Origin: Octopus vulgaris
Taxonomy: Eukaryota
Direction: 5' to 3'
DNA: 64,000 bases
NCBI GenBank assembly: GCA_951406725.2
Contig: OX597814.1
Coordinates: 133,424,001-133,488,000 of the forward strand
Shown piece by piece: positions 56,341 through 64,000 of the stretch. A model generated the notes under the pieces. It did not search any database. It was not told where the DNA came from and saw only the letters and a list, made by a program, of their open reading frames with translations. Position numbers and translations under genes: made by a program. Numbering within the stretch: position 1 is the stretch's first letter; each line of letters starts with the position of its first letter.

Positions 56341-58039
56341 CAATTTATTTGTGTGTGTGTGTGTGTATATATACATATATATATATAATACACACACACG
56401 CACACACACACACATATATATATATACATGTATGTATATGTATACATTCATATTTATTATATCAAAGACAATGTATTTATGTGTTCGTGTATTACTTATA
56501 CATTCGCAATCTGCAGCACCGATCATAATGAAATTTGGAACACAAAATCGAAGCCCAGGGAGAAGGGTAATGCTGTGTGTTTCATAGAATTTCATGGACC
56601 AAAATTTCTGAATGGATCCTTATGATATTTGAAACTTAGATTCAATGCATAAGGGCGGGTATAATGCAATATGTTTAGTTTGAATTTCGGATGACTTAAA
56701 GGGGGCAGAACCCCCCATGATAATTCATAAATTTTCGATGTTGATGAAATTTCAACCATGGGTAATTGACACACATCAAGAAGTATTCTCAAAGTTTTCA
56801 CTTCACATGAGGATTCTAAGACACCCTAATGGGGGCCTTAACTCACAAATTTTAGTCATTTTTTTATGATCCAAAACTAGTTCAAAAGTACTGAATGGAT
56901 CTTTACGAAATTCAGAAATTATATTCTATGCATAAGGGCCACAACTCCCATGACAATTCATATATTTTTGCAGTTGATCAAACTTTAACCATAGATATTA
57001 AATACAAATGAAGTAATATTTATAAAATTTCATCTTCTTAGTTAGAAAGACCCCCTTCATGGGGACTTAACACCCACAATTTTGTCATTTTATCTAAGCA
57101 AAGACGAATAGTTGTACTCTTGGAAGCTGTGGGGTCATCCGAGCATAAAAGATGAGCATTATTTGTAATTCAATGGTACAACAGTGTAAGAGTTTGCTTT
57201 GACAAACACTTAGATTGTGATTTCTGCAATGTGGTGATATAAATTGTCAAGTAGATGAGAGGCATCTTTGCCTCCACTGATTCAGTTGCAAAGTGTTGAG
57301 TAAAGTTATTTGATTGCAGACCTCCTTTCGGTCTTTTTATTATCGCTGGGTCACACATAGTCCCCAGATAGTAACATTGATTTTAAGGCCTTCCTAGATG
57401 AGTGACTGGTTATTCAAAGACATTTATAGATTGTAAATTTATTCTGTCCAGTTACATATCAGTATAGTGATCATTTGCAAACTCCAACTTTCGTTTCTCC
57501 TTAGCCCTCATGTCACACAGTTGTTAATGTTTATTTCAGTTGGGTCACGCCCTTCCAATTGCTATAGATTCGTAATGCAGCTTACGGCTGTGCCTGTCAC
57601 CTGGATGATGAGGAATACTACATTGGGAGTGGTAACGTTTAGGATACTGTAGCTGACTGCTTATTGTGATCATTCGTCTATTGGTTTCCTGTAGCTTTGC
57701 TCTCTTTTACAAACCCAGTGAACATATATTTCCTACTTCAAAGAAATTCAAACAATAGTTATAGGACCCAAGTAAAAAGATTCTCAACAATTCAACTTCT
57801 CTGGTTGACATTAAGATGCCCACCCCCAACAGGGGCCTTAACTCTCACATTTTAGAGCTCTATGACCTTCATTTTTCAGGAGCAAAATCTTTTTAACAGG
57901 TTCAATAAAACTGGAATTTTGAAATATGCGCATAAAAATCAGTAATATGGGATATATGTGTCACGATTACAATGTTTTTGTGGTGTGTAAAGAGGGAAAT
58001 AACCCTCATCTACAATTTTGATGAAATTCGAAACATAGG

Positions 58040-61000
58040 ACGTTAGCACAGATAGAGCGAAAGAAGCAGGAGTTTATACGCTCATATGCATTCATAAGAT
58101 CCCATATCGGCACTCTTGATGCCATCTTTGACAACGAACAAAGCAAAGATGACAAGGATGGAGGCACGGATGCAGATGAAAGATGTCATCCCCCACTTGA
58201 TAGACATCCAGGACAACAAAGAAGATTCAAGTGAGAAACCTGCCCGGGAAGTAAACCCAAGTGCAAGTGCTTCTACCAGCATCAAAAGGCAAACCCATGG
58301 AGATGAAAGAGCCGTAAAAGAAGGAAAAACTAAAATAAAAACAAAAGATGAAACAGCCAAAGAAGGAAAAACTAAAACTCAAACAAAACCAAAGGATGAA
58401 ACAGCCAAGGAAAGAAGCAAACCTGACTATCCATATACCAAAAAGGATAGAAAGTGACAGCACACACGAACGTGTAAATTCTACCTGAAAGGTGTCTGCT
58501 GGCATGGAGAAGAAGGTGCAGGCTGCCGTTTTGCACACCAAAGACCCCGCCACATAAACATGAAACAGGGCGGAAACCAACTGCCAAAAGGAAAAGGAAA
58601 GGACTACGCACCACCTGCCACAAAACGAAGGTACGCAGATGTAGTGCGTGTTACAAACCATCAACGAGTTATTGAAAGGGCAACTGCTGAACAAGAATTT
58701 TTTTGTGCATGGCACAAAGATTGTACAGCAGCTAACCTGGCTCCATCAAACTCAAACTCACAATACACAGGACCAGCACAGCAAATAGATCCAAGGTGGA
58801 CACCACTGGCAACAACACACACATCACCTCGATGCTCCTACTGAACATCAGAGGACTGCTAACACTCAGTAACAGGACAAAAATCCTTTTCTTGAGAGAC
58901 CTTGTTGCATGCAATCAAGCCTTATGCATTGCACTTACGGAAAGACACCTGAAACTGGATGTAGCAGATGCGGAAATACACATACCACAGTATTTTGTAT
59001 TACGGACTGACAGGAAAGAAAGGAGTCATGGTGCAGTTGCTATGTGCATCCGCGAGGACCTTTTGTCATACTCAAATTCGGTGTGTGACACACTAATTGT
59101 ACATATAAGGCAACTCGGTGTAATTATAAGTGCTACATATCGCCCTTCAGATGCTCCAAGTCATATAGGCAAGTTTGAAGACTGCCTTACAAAAATAGAA
59201 GTTCTAGTCACATTAGAACAACAGATAAGTGTACTTCTTATGGGAGACTTCAATCTGCCCAATGTCAGATGGCCCGAGGGCATTTCTCTCCCAGGAATGA
59301 CACGATGCGAACGAGGACAGGCAAGGTCCCTCCTGAACCTCATCAACACTCTGTACATGGAGCAAATAATACTCCAACCAACCAGAGCAGGTAACATACT
59401 GGATCACTGCTTTACAAATAATATGGATCTCATCCATAATGTGAAAGTGACACCGACACTACTCTCGGATCACAACATGGTAGAGTTGACCATGTACGGG
59501 CCAAACGAAAGCATGGACATGCAGCCTACAAGAAATTCTAAGAATATTTCCAGCTTGAACTTCCATAAGGCAAACTGGAAACAAATTGACAAAGTGATCC
59601 TCAAACAAAACTGGCCTAAATGTCTCTCCTCACCAGTCATCGACATGAAACTTCAACAATTCATGTCTGTAATGCAAGCCATATACTACAAATGTGTTCC
59701 AGAGAGAAAGGCCACTGTACACAAGAACAAAATCCTCAGAGAGAGAAAAATTCTTATGAGACGGCATACAAAAGTTTCAAATCGCCTAAACAAACAAATT
59801 GAAAGCAGTGAAAAGTCCCGCCTAAAAATAAAACTGCTGGAAATTGAAAAATGTCTGCAACTCTCCCATGAAAAAGAAAGAGCAGACAAAGAAGCCTGGG
59901 CTATAGACAACATAAAATCTAACCCCAGTGCTTTCTACAAGTTTGCCAAAGAAACAGCTACGGTGCACTGTAGGATAGGGCCACTCCTTGAAAAACATGG
60001 TACACTCACAGGAAATCCAATGATGATAAGTGAAATACTAAATGAGCAATTCAAAAGTATTTTCACTCCACCCCTAGGGCATTTTCAAGTCAGCAATCCT
60101 ACTGACTTCTTTACCACTGCAGGTATAAAATCAGAGGCAACGTTGATTGATTACATCAATATAAAAGAAGGCGATGTAATAAGGGCTATAGATGAAATAA
60201 ATCCAAACTCAGCTACTGGCCCCGACGGATTCCGAGCAATCCTTCTAAATGTATGTAAGAGAGTCCTAGTATGACCACTGCAGTTCCTCATTCAGAGCTT
60301 CCTTGCAACTGGCAAACTTCCAAGAAAACTGAAGGAGGGTAAAATATGCCCTATTCATAAAGGAGGTAGCAGAGCGGAGGCCAAGAACTACAGACCTATC
60401 TCTGACTTCACACATCAGCAAGGTCATGGAACGAATAGTCAGAAGGAAACTAATCGCCTTCCTTGAAACAAATAACTTGCTGCTTGACACCCAACGTGGT
60501 TTCTGACCAGGAAAAAACTGCCTAACTCAGCTTCTACAACACTATGACTGGGTGCTGAAACAACTGCTCAACCACTCAAATGTGGAAGTGATATATCTCG
60601 ACTTTGCAAAGGCCTTTGATAAAGTCGATCATGGAATGATATGTTACAAACTGCGTAATCTTGGTATAGTTGGAAAATTGGGAGAATGGCTTCATGACTT
60701 TCTGAAGGATAGAAGTCAGGTGGTAGTAGCCAATGGGGCCACCTCCAATAACACACAAATAGTGAGCGGTGTTCCGCAAGGCACTGCTTTGGGACCACTA
60801 CTGTTCATAATGGCCCTCTCAGACACGCCCTCAGCCACGCAGAGAGCCACGATCACAAGTTATGCAGATGATACAAAAGTTTCACAGGCAATACAAAACC
60901 CTGAAGACACTATGCACCTGCAATGTGAGCTGGACAAAATATACAAGTGGGCTGAAAAGAATAGCATGCAGTTCAATGCTGAAAAGTTTCAAGCTTTATG

Positions 61001-61858
61001 CTATCAGCATGCAAAACTAAATGCTATACCCAATAAATACACTGGACCTGGAGGGACTGCAATCCCAGAGGCACAATCAGTGCGAGACCTGGGTATTTAC
61101 ATGATTAATGATGCAACATTTTATGTGCATGTTGCTAAATTGGCAATGAAATGTAGGCGGCTGAACGGATGGATTCTTAGAGCTTTTAGAACAAGACCCC
61201 AGGAAACCATGATGGTCCTCTGGAGGACACCTGTCCTAAACCACTTTGACTATCGCTCTCAGCTATGGTCACTAACCAGTGTCAAATTAATCACAGAACT
61301 GGAGGCGATCCAACGAAGCTACACGAAGAAGATAGCCTCTGCGCAGCATATGACCTATTGGGAAAGACTCAAGAGATTAAGATTCTATTCCTTAGAGCGT
61401 AGGCGAGAAAGATATGCCATAATATACATCTGGAAGATCCTAGAAGGACTTGTCCCAAACTTTGGCATCGAGAGTTACACTAATACTAGAACTGGCGCCA
61501 CTGCATAGTGCCAAGGACTCCAAATATACCATCAAGATGTAGGATAAGATACTGTGATAACCTGGGCTTCAGAGGTCCACAGCTCTTCAATATCCTCCCG
61601 AAGAACCTAAGAGACCTGCATGGGGTGGACGCAGATGTCTTTAAAATAAAGCTGGACCTCTTCCTGTCAGGTGTCCCAGATGAACCAACTTCACGGCAGG
61701 GGGTGCAGATGAGGGCAGCTGCATCAAACTCTCTCATGCACCAAATGTCAATTGCTAAAAAGCATTCGTGAAGTAAAATCATGTAGCAACACCGAATGGC
61801 GGTGCCCCAGCATGGCCACAGCTCGTGAGCTGAAACTAGATAAAATGAAAAAAAAATG
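58040..61858 (+). mobile_element. CR1-group LINE, near full length, with several stops and frameshifts
   Basis: ORF1 (58116-58844, in-frame stop at 58455-58457) has the CCCH finger CKFYLKGVCWHGEEGAGCRFAH. ORF2 has EN motifs (LLNIRG, MGDFN, SDH) and RT motifs (YLDFAKAFD, GVPQG, YADD). Tail GGCGGTGCCCCAGCATGGCCACAGCTCGTGAGCTGAAAC followed by an A-rich end. Confidence 0.92.
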
Positions 61859-62449
61859 ATAGATATTCCAGTTCATAACAGAAAAGTCTAATTCTTCAAT
61901 TGTATGTAACACGGGCAACGCCGGGTATCTCTGCTAGTTTAAAATGAAATAAATAGCAGTTTCGTATACTAACTCGTATGCATGTAATTTAAATTGGGCT
62001 ATGAAGATTCGATGACATGATATACATTTCCTGAATCTCAAATGATTTCAGAACATTGAAACACAGAATTTTATACTTGTTAGGTGTAAAGAAACTTTAA
62101 AGGTGCATCAGTGATGAGTTCAGGAAACATTTCTTCATGGAAATTAGTTTCTAAATTAAAACGCCATCCCGGGGTTGACGAAACAATTTCTTAATCCAGA
62201 CTGAGATCAATTCACTCAATTATACACCTCTTCAAGCAAATAAATAAATAAAATGTAAGACGTTTTTTCAGTTTTAGAACCCTGTGTTAAAAATAATTAT
62301 TTAGTATAGGGGTTAACAGAACTGGTAAAGCACCAAAGAGAATGCTCGGTTATATATGGCTACTCTTCATCAAAATATCTGACTAAGTGATAATTTCATA
62401 AATTAATGATATTTAAATTTCATACGTTTATTTCCTATTCTTTGTTGTG

Positions 62450-62810
62450 ATGGCACGTGAGCTAGTGGTTAGATTGTTGGGCTCACGATCATATGACCGT
62501 AGAGTTTATTCTCCGGCAGGGCAATGCGTTGTATTCTTGAGCAAGGCACTTCATTTCACGTTGGCCCAGACCACTCAGCTGAAAATGAACGCCTACGAAG
62601 TACTGGTATAGCCTTCCCTTTATCCAGTTGTCACTTGATAGATGTTCCACTTGGTCAAGTGTGTAATTTGCTTGCGAATACGTTGGAACCTGAAATATTT
62701 AGCGGAAATGTATTACAAGCAAACTGGTCACACAAGTTTAGAAGTAACTAAGCTTTGTGTGTTGTTACGAGAGATTAGAATTATTCGCACTATCTTTACC
62801 TACGTGGTTA
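62450..62810 (+). mobile_element. Old tRNA-derived SINE remnant
   Basis: TAGTGGTTAG A-box-like head, then TTCTTGAGCAAGGCACTTCATTTCACGTTG...CCACTCAGCT; diverged. Confidence 0.5.
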
Positions 62811-63841
62811 TAACACATGATTATTGTGTTGAATTGAGTTTATATCTTCTCCAGATAACCTTGCTGACAGGCAAAAATGTCTTACAACCTATATGGACTT
62901 CTATAAATATCTGTAAAAACCTGAAAGGCAATTATTCCTCTATTGGTTCTTTTTCAATAACATTCTTTTATTAAGGAGAAACGAATCAGGTATTATTTTC
63001 ATGGAATATAAGAAATCAGTTACTTAATTTCGTGCATTTCGATCTGATAATTCCGTACATTTCGGCCTGATAATTCTATACCAGATATTTTCCAATATTG
63101 GAACTTTCATGGGAATTTTATGAAAATAAACAGTACATATATGCTTCCAGCAGATTCGTTAGTAGATGGAAGAAAAATTATAGATTTACAGTATGTTATT
63201 ATTGGTTTTTTTGACAAACGTCTGCTCCACAGACAATTTTATATATAGAGCAGCTCTAGGGAGAAATGGTGTTACGTACATGCTTAGTATGTATTTAATA
63301 TGTGATGTATCAATTTATTCAGCAAATGGTTTACTTACGAAATGCAACCAAAAGATATATGTACGCCTGATCGCGCATTATATGTGTCTGTTTCTTGTAT
63401 ATACGTATGTACGCATGCATGCAGGTATTATGTATCTTTATTGATAGGATCATTAAAAGAAGTGCACTGTACAGTGGAATAATTATCATTTAATATACAA
63501 AGTATTTAGAAAAGAGCTACCAATAGTTTCATGCTGTTGAGGCACAATAATTCTGCAGATTGATATAATAAGCCACGCGTCTCCAACCAATCCTTCATGC
63601 TCAATGTATACTGGCAGGGCTATTTGAAAACCAGGACGCCGCTCTTTAAGAGAGCATGAAAAAAATGAGGAGAACATTGAGATGATTAACGAACTGCAGG
63701 AAACCTTCCACACCACAGTGAATAGCTACCACAAAGACTTTGACCTCTTTGTCGTTGTATTATCCTACACCAAGCAGATTGATTATGATTTCTACAGAAA
63801 ACGAAGGCGCAGATCTTAGATTTCTTACATCTCTACATATG

Positions 63842-63882
<41 letters not shown>

Positions 63883-64000
63883 AAACGTATATATATATAT
63901 ATATATTTGTAAAAAATAAAGTTCGAAAATGCTGCTGTATTATACAATTTTTTATTTTTATATATACATTATAACATGTTTCAGTTCCTGAAATGAACCT

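Larger units (their letters stand above)
54923..61937 (+). mobile_element. Putative non-autonomous Helitron shell containing nested SINE and LINE insertions
   Basis: 5' end A|TCTATATATATAAAA followed by (CTGT)n. 3' end has the GC-rich hairpin-like CACGGGCAACGCCGGG, then CTAG|T. That the two ends belong together is inferred. Confidence 0.5.

Noticed and set aside
57120-57720. Possible Helitron Rep/helicase fragment inside the putative Helitron
   Set aside because: No PIF1 or HUH motif could be read in any frame.

Overview
AT-rich, microsatellite-dense eukaryotic DNA, most likely from an octopus or other coleoid cephalopod (inferred from the tRNA-derived SINE families and the (TA)n/(CA)n/(GATA)n density). 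I cannot support any host protein-coding gene, only a few weak exon candidates, and most listed ORFs are microsatellite artefacts. The window is a mosaic of mobile DNA. It holds five Tc1/mariner copies, one near full-length degenerate RTE LINE and four CR1-group LINE copies; one of these has an EN+RT ORF2 broken only by a 1-nt frameshift at an A-run. It also has several SINE families with target-site duplications, a possible Helitron shell, and many Penelope-like (PLE) remnants. The most striking signal is invisible in the ORF track: about 15 minimal type I hammerhead-ribozyme motifs from about seven unrelated repeat families, each with a palindromic, dimer-type stem III. They occur in inverted and tandem-permuted arrangements, often next to (TA)n. 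They include ORF-less ~350-nt and ~510-580-nt retrozyme-like monomers, a family with an A6U core variant, and a Penelope terminal repeat combining a tRNA-derived Pol III head, a microsatellite and a hammerhead. All identities and pairings were judged by eye; no searches were run.
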